The notes under the pieces are model-generated. The model was not told the origin of the DNA and made no database searches. It worked only from the letters and a program-made list of their open reading frames with translations. Of a stretch of DNA of 64,000 bases, positions 41,298 through 56,198 are shown piece after piece; position 1 is the first letter of the stretch, and the number at the start of each line of letters is the position of its first letter. Origin of the DNA: Octopus vulgaris (Eukaryota); contig OX597816.1 in NCBI GenBank assembly GCA_951406725.2, positions 155,868,001 through 155,932,000 of the forward strand, read 5' to 3'. Made by a program: the position numbers and the translations under genes.

Positions 41298-42501
41298 ATA
41301 TATATAGGGAGAGAGAGAGAGTGTGTGAGAGAGGGAAGGAGAGAAACAGACAGACAGACAAATAATGATAGATAGATAGAGAGAGAGACAGAGAGTGTGT
41401 GTGTATGTGTGTCTGAGAGAGAGAGAGTGTGTGTGAGCGTGTGTATGTGTATCTCTTAACCCCCTTCACCGCTTACCGGTTCGGATATTTGCAACCTTGA
41501 ATGAAATCACTGTGAGACATTGAAATTTCCAATTCCTTTTATTCAAACACACGCGAGCGCATAGAAACGTTTAATGCTTGTTATTTTTGAAGTTAGATGT
41601 TAAATTTGAAGAACCGATCTATATTCTTGTATAGAATACTATATTAATTAATTTTTTTCAATCAGAAAATATTGATAGTGACTTCGAAATATCGACTATG
41701 AAAACTTCATCAGACTGTAAATTACTTTTTTTTCCAAATGTTTGGCATAATTATTTGGAATCATTTTTATGGATAAGCACTATAGCTACCGAGTAAATGT
41801 GGTGTCACAAAGCATATTTGTGGCATTGGGTGGAAAATATTTTTATGAGAAAATAAATAGTAGAACTAGGGTGCATAAAGATGTTATTGGTTATTCATGT
41901 TGTTAGATCTCATTCCAACACTATATAAATGCAAGTGGTGAAAGTCAGATTTGTATAACAACACAGGTCATAGATTACGTCACAGACAGTTCACATTTGT
42001 CGGTTTGTGCCGGAAGCTTTGTTGAGTCGCATTAGGCAATTTTTGTTGTGTTGGTTATATTTATTATTGTTTATTAAAACTGCTTTGCTTTTGTTATTCT
42101 TGTAGTGTTAATTCAAGTATGTATGCAGACATATACGCGACAAGTGTGATCTGTATAGTAATGCAGGTCAGACATGAGTCAAATTCAATAGTCTATACTT
42201 GAAAATAGCCTTCTATCATGTCTTCAACTAATACCTTTTGCCATCTGGATACTGGCTTTCAATTATTTGTTGCTTATATAAAATTTTCATCGGTAGCTGA
42301 TGGATATATATATATATATATATATATGGGGGTGGGGGGGGCGTGTATGTGCGTGTATGTGCGTGTGCATATTTGTATGTATATATGTGTGTATGTATAT
42401 TGCAATATTTTTTTCAATAGAGAAAAAGCCTGTTTCTAATCTAACCTTCAACCAAGAATCCTTCACTGGAAATTCAACATTAGCAGGGGTATTTTAGTAT
42501 G

Positions 42502-42535
<34 letters not shown>

Positions 42536-42640
42536 TGTATGTATGTATGTATGTATGAATCTATGTATGCGTGTATGTATGTATGTATCTATCTATCTAT
42601 CTACCTCTCTCTCACCATCCATCCATCCATGTATCTATTC

Positions 42641-42702
<62 letters not shown>

Positions 42703-43584
42703 ACATCTGTTCTTACAGATGTCCATATAGAAATACACGAGAGTCACCATGTACGAGTATTTCCACATATACGGAGATACCTATGCATACACCTGCATAA
42801 GCATATGCATATATATATAGCACGTACTCACACAGCGCACGAGAACATAAACGCACAAACACACGCACACACTCCGGTATAAATTCATATAAATATCTAC
42901 ATCTAAGCACATCTATACTTACGCTAAAGGTGCAAAAACAGCTTGCTAGATTGAACTATAAATATAGCAAAAATAAAAATGAATCTATTTAGTCATTCAT
43001 ATCGTTTCCACTGATTCAGCTGTCATATCCAAAAATGTCTCTTCACCAGCCCTTTATTTTAAGCACCACGCATAATGTTTGATTTTTCCTTCACTTTCTC
43101 CTTTACATGTGTACCCGTCTTATTCTCTTAGCTTTTCTTTCTCCATACCAAGTCTTATTTTCCGCTCTTCTAGTCAAATCGTCGATAAAGGTATTTAATT
43201 TCATATCAGTAATATACTTTGTAACAGCACATTTACTTTGAAGTTTCAATACATCTCCTACAAGGTGGGTCCCAAACACTCACCCACACACACATGCCCC
43301 CCCCCCCGAAAAAAAAACGCATCCCCCCACACGCACACACATATTCAAAAAACACAGACACACACACACAGTTACAAACACAAACACACTGACCCAGACA
43401 TGTAGAGACATACAAACACTCACACATACATACACACATACTCCAGACTTGGAAAACCAAACTAATTTGTAGACCAACGACGGCTTAATAACAGATATTT
43501 CGAATTTACTGGCAACTACTTTTTTTGCAAACATAGATGTTAACGCTACTGGAAGCATCGATCCCTAAATCTCATGTTTGATTG

Positions 43585-43629
<45 letters not shown>

Positions 43630-44882
43630 AGAAATCAAATATCGTTTGAAATGCTTCATTTCTGCATTTGGTGCTTAAAATATATGATATTCTATACATA
43701 CATGCACATACACTAGCTTTAATTTATCTCTCTAATGCATTCTTTCTTTGTCTTTCTTACTCGTTCGCACTCTCGGCGTTTCCTCGTAGTCGAAGACGTC
43801 ATGCTTTATTCCTTGATTTTATTGATTATTCCTGACTGTGAGTGCCAATGTTTGAGACGAATCGTTTGCTATTTTAGACACTTAATCTACAGTATGTAAT
43901 TGTTTATTTAATTATTTGCATGTCTAATTACGTAAGTAGGAACGACAATCTATAGGATGATGGTGAGATTAGAACAGGCTGATTTTTTTTTGTCTTTGCT
44001 ATTGGTTAAATTATGCCGAGCGATTTAATTTCCCTTGCTTCTCATTGTTATTATTTCGCCTCTTAAAAATGATTTTACAATCTGCGATGCCTTCATCTGC
44101 TACGGGTGCAAATGGGTATTCGAGTGGGATTGGGTGCAAAAACTAGGGTAGATATATGTCTTATTAAAATCGTTTTCCAGAAAAAGAAATTAACTAATTC
44201 TTTTAAACGAGCAAGAACTTTATTATTCTACAGATCTAGATTTAATCAGTTAGCGATGATGTCTATGAACTTGTCATCATTTCCATCTGCAATTATATAT
44301 TATAGCTCTCTGTCGTTAATGAAGAAAAAATCTAGGAATTGCATGAATCCACAGTCAGATTCCGCTGATCACAATCAGCAAGAAAGTTCAACATTTTGAT
44401 AAAGTCATGAACGAGAAGCAGGAACAAAGAAGTCATTGAGTTTTATTATCACTATTATAATTGATTTCACTGCCTGTGGCTTTTCCTTTTCAAACTTGTC
44501 TAATTTACATTTACATTTTATGCACTGACTCAAACCTTATTTCATGTGTTAAATCTATTCTCTAACTGTGTTTTTCATGGTTAAATTTAAAATACACTTA
44601 GATACAAAATAATTAAGATTTTCATTTACAAATAATAATGATATTGTTATAAAGGATCTGAAAATTAATCTCCAAGGAGTGAATAGAAAAGGTTGGGAAA
44701 TACTGACTTATAAGAACCTTCTGAATTTCTCTTCTTTTCAACTCTATAAATAAACTGCACTAATACAGGAGTCCCGATCTATAGAAACATTCACATACAT
44801 TAGGGCAATGACGTTGAGTAATGACACGGTTTCTCTAAATGACCTTCAATACTTTTTTAGAGGCAGAGAGTAGCACCGTTAC

Positions 44883-44960
<78 letters not shown>

Positions 44961-44994
44961 ATATTATTATTATTATTATTAAGCATCATCATCA

Positions 44995-45748
44995 TCGTTA
45001 TTATCATTGCCTTTGCACAGCTTCTAACGCTGGAGATGTACTACAGTGTCAGCTATTCACTAGTGAACTAATCTAACACCTTATTTTTCGAGCACCATCT
45101 GGAGTATTCGAGCGGTTCCAAGCACTGCTGTTTTCTGCAAGTGCGCTATCTTTATTGAAGCCCCTATTTGTTTTATGTACTTCTCATGATTTTTACTCAC
45201 TGTTCTCAGGGCTCCGACAATTATGGAATTGACAGAACAAAAAATTGGCACGACCAAAAACCTGAAGGCATCATCGAAAATGATAATGCAAAGATCCTGT
45301 TCAATTTTGTGATTCAGTGCAACCATGAGATAGAGAATGGGAAGCCAGACAAAGTCTTAATTGAGAAAGAAAGCAAACTATGCTGGATCAAATATATAGC
45401 AAGCCCAGCTGACAACAAGGTATGCGATAAGGGAAAATGATAAGTCGATGGATATGACAGTTTAGCTTGGGAGGTTAAGCAGTTTTGATCGATGAAAAAG
45501 GTAGTAGTACTACCAATAATTGTCGGAGCCCTGGGAAGAGTGAGTAAAAATCACGAGAAGTACATGGAGCAAATAAGGGCTGCAATAAGGGTAGTGCACT
45601 TGCAGAAAACAGCACTGCTTGGAACCGCTCGAATACTCCAGATGATGCTCGAAAAATAAGGTGTTAGATTAGTTCACTAGTGAACAGCTGACACTGTACT
45701 ACATCTCCAGAGTTAGGAGCTGTGCAAAGGCAATGATAATAATGATGC
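44995..45748. mobile_element. Two RLE-type LINE 3' ends in head-to-head inverted arrangement
   Basis: 44995-45224(-) is the reverse complement of 45516-45748(+); the + copy extends from about 45227 and encodes WHDQKPEGIIENDNAKILFNFVIQCNHEIENGKPDKVLIEKE...LQKTALLGTARIL. Confidence 0.9.
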
Positions 45749-45777
45749 TGCTGCTAATGATAATAATAATAATGATG

Positions 45778-45839
<62 letters not shown>

Positions 45840-46255
45840 CAGTTGTTTGACCTTAACCAGTTGAGCATGTCCCTTAGTGGCTGACGATATGTGCATCTCT
45901 GATCACGAGCAGAAGTAGTGGGGGAGCATCATAGCCATGTGTTGAGAGGGATTCTTTGGGGTTTGAATAATTCACCTCTGGAGACATGGGTGGTTTTTTC
46001 AACATCCTTAAACAACCCTTATTCAGGGACCGTTTGAGCGGGATGGGCTACTCAACCTGAAGAAAATTCTAACTGGGCCCCACCTGCAAGGTCATGTGCA
46101 GTTTATCTTGATATGAGATCACCATGTCGCGCACATATGGTTGTGATGCATGTGCCTGGTGTGCCCTTATCAGACGGGTAGTCATGATAGGTATATTGGG
46201 CTTCGTATATTTTACCCCAGTGTCACTTTGATGGCATGAACTGCTCTCTCACTCA
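45840..46255 (+). mobile_element. (AAT)n-tailed non-coding interspersed repeat (probable retroelement end)
   Basis: Ends ctctctcactc(aat)n; reverse complement of 49774-50190. Confidence 0.8.
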
Positions 46256-46381
46256 ATAATAATAATAATAATAATAATAATATATACATGTATACATTTA
46301 TGCATATATAAATGTGTGCATGTGTGCGTGTGTGCATGTATGCATGATTTATTAAGCTCTCTTTCTCTCTCTATCTCTCTG

Positions 46382-46418
<37 letters not shown>

Positions 46419-47784
46419 CTCTCTCTCTGTATATATATATATACACACATATATAATGCCTGTATCTCCGTTTTATGCATTAATGCTGTGTGCATTGATG
46501 CCATTAGCTGAGAGTTGACGCTCCTCATGGAATTATTTCCCAGTTTTGTAGAAAGATTTAATGGTGTTGTTGCAAAATGTTTGTTGACAAAATGTATGTT
46601 GACCTCGGTCTGTGGGGGAATGAGTGACTGTAAATTAGGAAACAAAACACATGATTTCTTTATGTCTTTTATCGGAAGAAGGAATGGTCTTTTATGATGA
46701 TACTTGAGAAGCTATTGGTACACAGACTTTGATTTTCCTTCTTTCATTTTAATGCTTGGTCTAAGCATTTTCTCTTTTTAATTATGATTAGTTGATGAAA
46801 GCTCATGTAAAAAGAAAAGAGAAAACGTACTGTAAATCCTTAGATCATAGAACTTCAAAAGAGACTTTCCCCCAAAGATTATAGTTATACCAAAGCCCAG
46901 TACTCACTTCAGTCGGGTACTATTTTATCGATCAGTTTTTTTGCGAATTGCTATAATACTAGACATGAAAAAACACAATGCAAAGACACCGCTGAAGCAT
47001 ACGCACATATATAGATGCATGCAAAGGAAAATGTACATATATAAAATGGGATTCTGGACAATTTATATCTTCCAAATTCCACTCCCAAGGCATTGGTCAA
47101 CCCGAAGCTTTTGTAGTTGACACATGATCAAGGTATTGTTCACGGGATCGATTCTGGAATGACGTTGTTGCGAAGCGAGATTGTTAATCACACAGCAATG
47201 CTTACTCCTTATATGAAAACTGTTAAAAAAAAGTTATCTCGGAATTAACAGTGACCACTCTATACTAAGTGTGTGTTACAAACTGAAGCAAAAAAAGAAA
47301 GCAAAAATTTCAGTTTACCTTCTGCAAATCGAAGAATACACTTTTAAATATGACTCTCATCACAAGCTTTAGGACGATTTGAAAGTTTATATTTTATAAA
47401 AGAAAGTAAATATAATGAAGAGGCTTTACTAACGAAACACAACTATTGTTTCTGTGCAGTGACAATAGCTGTTAGATGGTGAGTTTTCCATAACATAATA
47501 TTACATAAATTATCATTATATTTCATAATATCACATACATTATTTTATACATAAAGATATGGAAAGCTCAGCTACTAACAGCTATTAACCTTGCAGAGAA
47601 ACAGTTTTTGTATTTTAATATTAAAGCTTGTTCATTCCATCTTGTTTTATAAATTTTTATATAAATTCTGTACACACTAATAGAGTTCCACATGGATGTC
47701 CAATAAAAAGAATAGCTCTGCTGCATGATAGCATAAGGCAGCCTATAACCATACTAGGGCTTTTGAATTCACGTATTACTACCA

Positions 47785-48078
47785 TTTTAATTGTGGTATC
47801 CGTGTGGCCCTAAGCCTTTATTGTGTTTATTGTTTTGTTCCACGTCCGTTCACTAACGTTCTCCTCTAGAGCCCGTCTCACTTTGTTATGCTTTGGTCCC
47901 GTTCCAACGAAGTTTCTTGCCAGTGTCTCTAAAGTGGAAGCAATATTATCGATAATCGCCGAAATTGCGCTTGACCCTCTGGCAGATAACTGAAGAGGAG
48001 TTGGTGACCTTCTGTGTTTCCTGCTTGTCTGAGCATTTAGTATATGCTCATATGTTTATGTACTACACGTTCTTTTAG
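47785..48078. repeat. Unclassified interspersed repeat, copy 1
   Basis: Colinear, diverged direct repeat of 49230-49525. Confidence 0.8.
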
Positions 48079-48149
<71 letters not shown>

Positions 48150-48158
48150 AATCAATCA

Positions 48159-48223
<65 letters not shown>

Positions 48224-48244
48224 CCTACCTACCTACCTACCTAC

Positions 48245-48300
<56 letters not shown>

Positions 48301-48366
48301 ATATATATATATATATACATATATATGAGAGTATTGTAGTTCGTTTGAAGCATTGTGTATTGTTTG

Positions 48367-48620
48367 TAAAGAATAAAAAGTTTTGAATGGTGCAACAATG
48401 CACTATAATACAGACAATGGACTATATACTAAGTTGCAACTTAGTCATCCATAGTCTGATATGATATTTTGGAATAATATTCCTTCTTCAGATATTCTAA
48501 AGAAGGAATATTATTCCAAAATATCATATCAGACTATGGATGACTAAATTACAACAGGTATATAGCCCATTGTCTGTATTATAGTGCATTGTTGCACCGT
48601 TCAAAACTTTTTATTCGTTA
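48367..48620. repeat. Fold-back, ~125-bp arms, 5-nt loop at 48492-48496
   Basis: gaataaaaagttttgaatggtgc...ccttcttcag atatt ctaaagaagg...gcaccgttcaaaactttttattc. Confidence 0.95.
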
Positions 48621-48739
48621 TATATATATATAACGTTTGTTGTCTTATTTAATCCTGAATGTATTATGTAATGCATGCACTCATTTTTTTTTACATATTT
48701 GTAGAAATATTCGTGGAATATTTTTGTGCCACTCTGTCT

Positions 48740-49530
48740 CTTTCCTTTACTTTGCCTTTCTTAAGTTCCTTCCTCTGTCTGTCTCTCGCTGTCTGTCTTT
48801 CTCTGTTACCTTCCTCCCACTAAGACGTGATCCCTGACGGCCTAAGGCGGTGTCATTCTTTTCCCGTTGCCTTCGACCGGACTGGTTACGATTTTTCTGG
48901 GCTCCTCGCTTCTCTTAAATTTCCTTTCTCTGTCTGTCTGTCTGTCTCTTTCTCGAATACCCTCTTTCTCTGTTGCCTTCCCCTTTCTCTCTCTGTTTGT
49001 CTTCCTCTGCTACCATCTCTCCACTATCACGTAATCTGTGGCGACCTATGGCGGTATCATTTTCGCGTTGCCTTCGACCGGATTGGCCACGATTTTCTGA
49101 GCTCCTCACTCTATCCCTTCCGTGTTTATGGTCCTTTAGGGCAGATTTCATTTCTCCTTTGCGTTACCTATTTTTGTCTTGTCTTGCAGCCCTAAAGCTC
49201 TTTTTTTTACTGTATATTTATCATTATCATTTTAATTGTTATCCCCGTGTGGTCCTAAGCCTTTACTGTGTCTATTTTCTTGTCCATCCTCCGTTCACTA
49301 ACGGTCTCATCTCGAGTCCGTCTCGCTTTGTTATGTTTTGGCGCCGTTCTCGGCAAGTCTTTAGCCAGTGCCTCCAAATTGGACACAATGTTATCGATAA
49401 TTACCGAAATTGCGTTTGACCCTCTGGCCGAATAACTGAAGAGGGGTTGGTAACATTCTGTGTTTTCTGTTCGTCTCTGTATTTAGTATATGTTCGTATG
49501 TTTATGTAGTAGACGTTGTTTTTAGAATAA
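48740..49530. repeat. Unclassified repeat, longer copy 2, with internal ~60-bp duplication
   Basis: 48845-48907 repeats at 49050-49107; 3' part matches 47785-48078. Confidence 0.65.
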
Positions 49531-49645
49531 AGTTTAGTGTTTTAGAACAGCAGATTACTACTTGTTAATGCATGTTAACAAGGAGGCTTATTTTCGTTAA
49601 TTTAATCAATGTCGTGGAATTCTGGTCATCAGAATTACCATCAGA

Positions 49646-49697
<52 letters not shown>

Positions 49698-49700
49698 GTA

Positions 49701-49773
<73 letters not shown>

Positions 49774-49774
<1 letters not shown>

Positions 49775-50322
49775 GAGTGAGAGAGCAGTGCATGCCATCA
49801 AAGTGACACTGGGGTAAAATATACGAAGCCCAGTATACCGATCATGACTACCCGTCTGATAAGGGTACACTAGGCACATGCATCACAACCATATGTGCGC
49901 GACATAGTGATCTGATATCAAGATACACAGCGCATGACCTTGCAGGTGGGGGCCCAGTTAGAATTTTCTTCAGGTCGAGTAGCCCATCCTGCTCAAAAGG
50001 TCCCTGAATAAGGGTTGTTTAAGGATGTTGAAAGAAACACCCATGTTTCCAGAGGTGAAATATCCAAACCCCAAAGAATTCCTCTCAACACATGGCTATG
50101 ATGCTCCCCAACTACTTCTGCTCGTGATCAGAGATACACATATCGTCAGTCACTAAGGGACATGCTCAACTGGTTAAGGTCAAACAACTGACAAGCAAAT
50201 CTGTGGTATTGAGCAGAATATTTGCTGTAGCCCATCTTTTATACCAAGACAAAACAATGTACATGGTAACACTTCCAATCAGTTAAGATGAGAAGCCATG
50301 AGAGCCACTGCCTGGTACTGCA

Positions 50323-50386
<64 letters not shown>

Positions 50387-50780
50387 ATTATTATTATTAT
50401 GATTATTGAATGAGAGAGAAGTGCATGCCATCAAAGTGACACTGAGGTAAAATATATGGAGTCCAATATACCCATCATGACTACCCATCTGATAAGGGTA
50501 CATCAGACACATGCATCACAGTCATATGTGCACGACATGGTGATCTCATATCAAGATAAACAGCGCATGACATTGCAGGTGGGGACAAGTTAGAATCTTC
50601 TTCAGGTCGAGTATCCCATCCTACTCAAAAGGTCGCTGAATAAGGGTTGTTTATGGATGTTGAACGAAACACCCATGTTTCCAAAGGTGAATTATCCAAA
50701 GAATTATCCAAGAATTTCTGTCAATACACGGCTATGATGCCCCCACACTACTTCTGCTCGCGATCAGAGATGCACATATC
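49774..50780 (-). mobile_element. Two tandem copies (49774-50323, 50407-50780) of the (AAT)n-tailed repeat
   Basis: Each begins (tta)n tgagtgagagagcagtgcatgccatcaaagtgacac on +; 20-bp stub again at 51101-51120. Confidence 0.88.
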
Positions 50781-50815
50781 TTCTTCTTCTTCTTCTTCTT
50801 CTTCTTCTTCTTCTT

Positions 50816-50846
<31 letters not shown>

Positions 50847-51191
50847 GTAGTTGTAGTAGTAGGAGGAGTACATTTAAAATACTCGGGTTGACGTAATCTC
50901 CCCGCAAAATAGCGGACGCTGCGCTAAAGTTAGAAATACTGCTGCTGCTGCTCCTCCTCCCCCTCCCCCCTCCCCCTCCTCCTCCTCCTCCTCCTCCTCC
51001 TCCTACTACTACTACTACTACTAAAAATATAATAATAATAATAATAATAACGATAATAATAATAATAATAATCATCATCATCATTTATTATTATTATTAT
51101 TGAGTGAGAGAGCAGTGCATTATTATTATTATTATTATTATTGTTGTTGTTGTTGTTGTTATTATTATTATTGTTGTTGTTGTTGTTGTTG

Positions 51192-51285
<94 letters not shown>

Positions 51286-53698
51286 GATCTAGACACCAAA
51301 GTGAAGATATTTCTAAACTTACATGCGAAATTGATAGATTACATTAATGGACTGTAGCTTGTTGAAGCTAATTATTATGTTTTTAATTCATACTTTATCG
51401 GATAGTTAATATAGTATTTTGATCTTGAATTAACGAGGTTGTTTCACGTACTATTAGTTTTCAACCAGAGACTATTAATATTGTAATCTGCAGTAGGTTG
51501 GAACATTAAAATATGGATTTATTGTTTTTGATTTATTTTTACATCATTAATCACCACGTTCTTTCGGATATGTATTTTTGAAAAAAATCTTTTTTTTTCC
51601 TTTTATGTTCCTATATCTTATGTGACAGCAAACACATTTTTAAAAAATGGAGATTGTTTTCCATTTTTATGTATAGCTTTTCCATTATTGAAGGATCGAT
51701 CGGTTGTGTTTTTAAACATTCATTCCACAGTTTTCACATTAATGCGGTGGAAGGGCATTCAATAGATGCTAATTAATGTGGTTGTTGAAATATTTCATGG
51801 AGAGCTATTTCTATTTGATCTTTAAGTTCTATTGCCTCCGTCTAACTACTCACTGCAACTCATTTTTTTTGTCCCTTTTTTCTTTTATTTTTGTGTGTGT
51901 TAGCCATGTATGTGTTCAATTTTTTTCTCAAATGTCGGTGATTTATTGGTTCGGTGGCTAACAGCAGTTTAGATGACATTTAGCAGACGAGAGTCGAATC
52001 TCTCCGAATAAAATACAAACCACATTTTAAATGATTTAATAGTTGACAAAGAGAAATGGAGGTAGCTTTAATTGTATAGTGGCTGCTGTAACGGTTTCGA
52101 GTAGATATAATTATTGTTATTGTTGTCGTCGTTGTTGTTTAAACACAAGTCAATAATGATCGAACAGACATATATTGAAATACATGTTATCATTTCGTTT
52201 TATATCTATCTTTCGTTTTATATCTATCAAGAATTATCGTATCCAGTGTGACTTTCTGCCCTTAAGATAGTAAAGTGGGATTTGCGGAAAATTTAGGAAC
52301 TATTCCTAGCAGGCTGAGCAATCATACTAATGCATCTTATCGTAGATTCGTAGCTGTAGTTGTTGTTTAATGCTAGGTCAAACCTCTACGAGAAGACCTT
52401 TGATCAAAGGCATTTAAGCCATGACCATCTCGTCTTTTATGGATAAGTGAACCTACTTGCAAAGAGAGAGTGTAAGAGAGAGAGAAAGAAGGGGCACAGA
52501 GAGACAGAGAGAGAAATGGTCTTAAAATGCGCAGAACGCGCCGTATGTCACGACTATGTCCCTACAACTTAAAGTCACACGGCCGTGACATACTGGTGAC
52601 TAGCGCAATGTAATGGTGGCTGTAAGTTGAGGGAAATTAGGCTAGCAGGTCGAGTGACGATCTCGCTTTTATCAATTCATGACCGAATTGATTTAGTATG
52701 TTGGTGGCATAGCGATAACTATAACGAATTTGTAAAAACTGAAGTTAATTAGCGTAGTGGTAATTTTACTGAATAGGAAACTACAGGAGCAGAGATCGAT
52801 CTACGGCTGAGATAAATGTTGGGCTATAAAAGTTGAGGTAATTGGTTCAATATGACCGAAACATATTCAGAGTTTCATCAACCTTATCGAAAATCATACA
52901 CACTCTTCACTATAAGTCACTTATAAAACTTTTACAGTTTGAGTTTCCAAATGGTCTCCCTTGTCATTAGCAAGAATTTTCATTAACGCTAACAATTATC
53001 TCCCCTTTAATTACGAATTCAGCTGCCGAATTGTTTTAGTATCTATATCTATCGCGGAAATTACGACCATTCCAGAATTCTAGGATGAATTATGCACGAA
53101 AGTAACAGAAACAGTCCTGTCATTGTAATTTTTAAAATCGTATATCTTTAATAATCGATTTACTCATGGTTTATTAAAACCTCAACTATATAGGGGATAA
53201 ATAGCAAAAATAATCTTTATAATAATCAAGAAGCATTTATATGGGAAATTAGACACGTCAGAGTCCTATGTATCACTTTCCAGCTTGTTTGTGGCAACTT
53301 ACCATGCATACACACATGGGATTGTGTATGTGTTCTGATATGTATGATTAAGCTATATATGAGTAAAGAGCTGGTACGTGAATAGAGATGAAGATAGCAG
53401 AATAGATAAAGAGACAGCCATGAAGGAGAAAAAAGAGAGAGATAGAGACGGGGAAAGAGAGAGAGAGAGATTGAGAGTTTGATGGAAAGAGAGTAATGTC
53501 GAGTGTTTAGGATGCGTGTAAGAGATGTTCTGGACAATAAATTTCCCCAAAATTCTATATTCATTAATTAGAGTTTTATACATTTGCAAAAATGCCAGAG
53601 CCTATTCCATTAAGACGATGGGTGGTATTTATTAACCACACTTATCGAACCGCCTGCCATTTAGCCTTCTTTTCGAAACATATGCCTAAATCATTGTA

Positions 53699-53767
<69 letters not shown>

Positions 53768-53803
53768 CCCTCTCTTTCCGCCTCTCTCTCTATATATATA
53801 CAC

Positions 53804-53879
<76 letters not shown>

Positions 53880-53958
53880 TTATATATATACATGTATATA
53901 TATATACATACATATACTTATACATACATGAATACATAAATGAGTATGTCTGTATGTA

Positions 53959-53993
<35 letters not shown>

Positions 53994-54758
53994 TTCTTTC
54001 TCTCTATATATGCATATATTCGTATGTGTGTGTGTGAGTATGCTGCCATATTTTAAGAGTTTGCACAACTTAATAAAAATATAATGCAGTGCAAAATATC
54101 GGTGGCACTCAGCTAGAATAAAATTAATTTGCAATATAAAAAGAATCGTATCATGACTTCCTTTTTTTCGCATCAGATCGCCTGTATTTCATTTTGGCGG
54201 TAGTAAAGACAAGCATCAGGTGTCACGATCAGTTTGTGATTATATTTATTTCATATTATATTCAGTTCAAACTCAATTATTCCTAGTCTATAACACTCTT
54301 TCTCTATACACACACACACACACACACACAAACGCACACACACACATACACACACACACACACATACACATACACACACACACACACATACACACACACA
54401 CGTGCGTGTGTATATGTGTGTGAGGTTTGTTCTCAGCGCATTGATACCAGATTTCATAGGCATTTATATCCTACACAAACCAAGATGCAAATATAACATT
54501 ATGTAGGGATGTCGTATTTGGAGGGGTATATAACAAGGATGGACATGACATTGACACCACTCATAGGAGAATGTGAGTCGGAATATTCAGCCAACTTTGA
54601 TTTATTATTACATTAAGCACCAAACTAAAATTCGGTAAGTGAATTTACATTGCCACGAGTATTACTCATTCTTTTAGCTGGATGATGAGAGCACTTTTAA
54701 GTAAGATCCCATTCAAATCCCGATACACAAAGGACATGCATTCGTTCCAATATTGGCA

Positions 54759-54818
54759 GAAATATACACCCACTCACTGAAATATACGCCTACTCACTGA
54801 AATATACGCCTACTCACT
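54759..54818. repeat. Minisatellite, 3 x 20 bp
   Basis: gaaatatacgcctactcact repeated three times, first copy with two changes. Confidence 0.9.
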
Positions 54819-55910
54819 TCTGGAACCAGAAGATAAGATAAACAATCCTATAATCGGTTGAAGCATTGGCATGAAGGCAAAGGAATACAACGGGTGACGT
54901 AAGAAGCGCAGTTTATACACGATTGAAAATTTGAAGTTGTAAAGCTCTGCTAACACTTTAGACAAAAGAAAAGAAGACATCTCCTCATGAAAATATTAAT
55001 GCTATAATCTTTGACACCCAACCCTATCCCGAACATAATTCAGTTGCAGTTTGCTGAACTTCTAGTTTCCTTCTCGAATCCCGCAACCAATTCTATCCAA
55101 ATTTTCCCCATTCGACATTCCTTTCATACCTTTCCTTTACCTCAGACACAGCAGCTCAACCCAGTCACTTTACCAGCTCTCATCTCTTTATTTCCCGCCC
55201 CTCCAAATTCTTCCTTTTCCTTTACCATCTCCATTCACCTCCTCTACAATATACTTAAACTTTCAGTTATATTCCATAGGATACCACTGAAAAGCCGCTC
55301 GTAGAAGTCAAGATTCAGCAATGGATCATACGTATACAAATTACTAACTGTCACAAAGACTAATCGATGCATCAAGAGAATTACCTTACAAAAACATTAC
55401 CACAGTACAGCCCACTATCTACAGACCAACTTGAAAACTAACAAAGGAGTTTTGAAGAATAGCTGCACACACCTTCAAGACTACATCATTTTGACCTTAA
55501 CGCTTCTTGATACCTTTCATGCCATGTTCCTCCAAATAGATTTCCACAATATCTAATAATGCTGGACTAAAGTTTCAATGAATAAGGTACTGAACTATGT
55601 GAGAGAACATTTCCAGGATGCAGTTTAGAATGTCTATGTGTAAAATAACATTGTTCCAGACGTGAGAGATTGAGTATAGCCTTCGCCTGAGATTTGTGAA
55701 GTATCAATGACTGTATCTTCTGGTTCTAAAAGGAGGGACCAATCGATGGGATGCTACCCTAGCAATGTTAAAGATACGCTCTCATTATAAGAGATTCTTG
55801 GAGATAATATTATCCGATAATTGCAACAATCGTGATGGTTTTTAATTTCGTAATTAAGAAATGTAGTGTGATGATGTGAACTGCATTTATATAATAAAGA
55901 AAAAACATAC

Positions 55911-56198
55911 CCACTATTTTCTGTCTTTTAGGAAGAATTGTCACGGCACTTTCTGCGACACTTTCTTGTTCAAATACTGGATGAATCTTGGCACCCCAAC
56001 TATCACTGGCCAAGAACGATAATTCCGATGTTCTGTTGCTTTTCTTCAACGCTCGCAAAATACCACGACTGTTGTCTTCGTTTACAAACATCACAACCAC
56101 TCGGGAATTTGCAACACCAAGTAAGTCTTTGACCAAATTATCAAACTTCTCTTCGTTCACACTGCGTGGAATCTTTAACGACCGAGCAATACAGACAC
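55911..56198 (-). CDS. mGluR: mGluR exon, Venus-flytrap domain
   Basis: ttcattcttgtag|GT GTC...GTG G|gtatgt; 288 nt; (G)VCIARSLKIPR...SRVVVMFVNEDN...FLASDSWGAKIHPVFEQESVAESAVTILPKRQKIV; inside ORF 55810..56256. Confidence 0.96.

Noticed and set aside
45878-45920. CTGACGA in the (AAT)n-tailed repeat
   Set aside because: No stem II followed by GAAA.
47945-49455. gataaCTGAAGAgg and ccGAAAttgcg in the unclassified repeat as a permuted hammerhead
   Set aside because: Boxes are present but I could not form consistent stems in any topology.
54759-54818. Short direct repeats as a CRISPR-like array
   Set aside because: No spacers; eukaryotic minisatellite.
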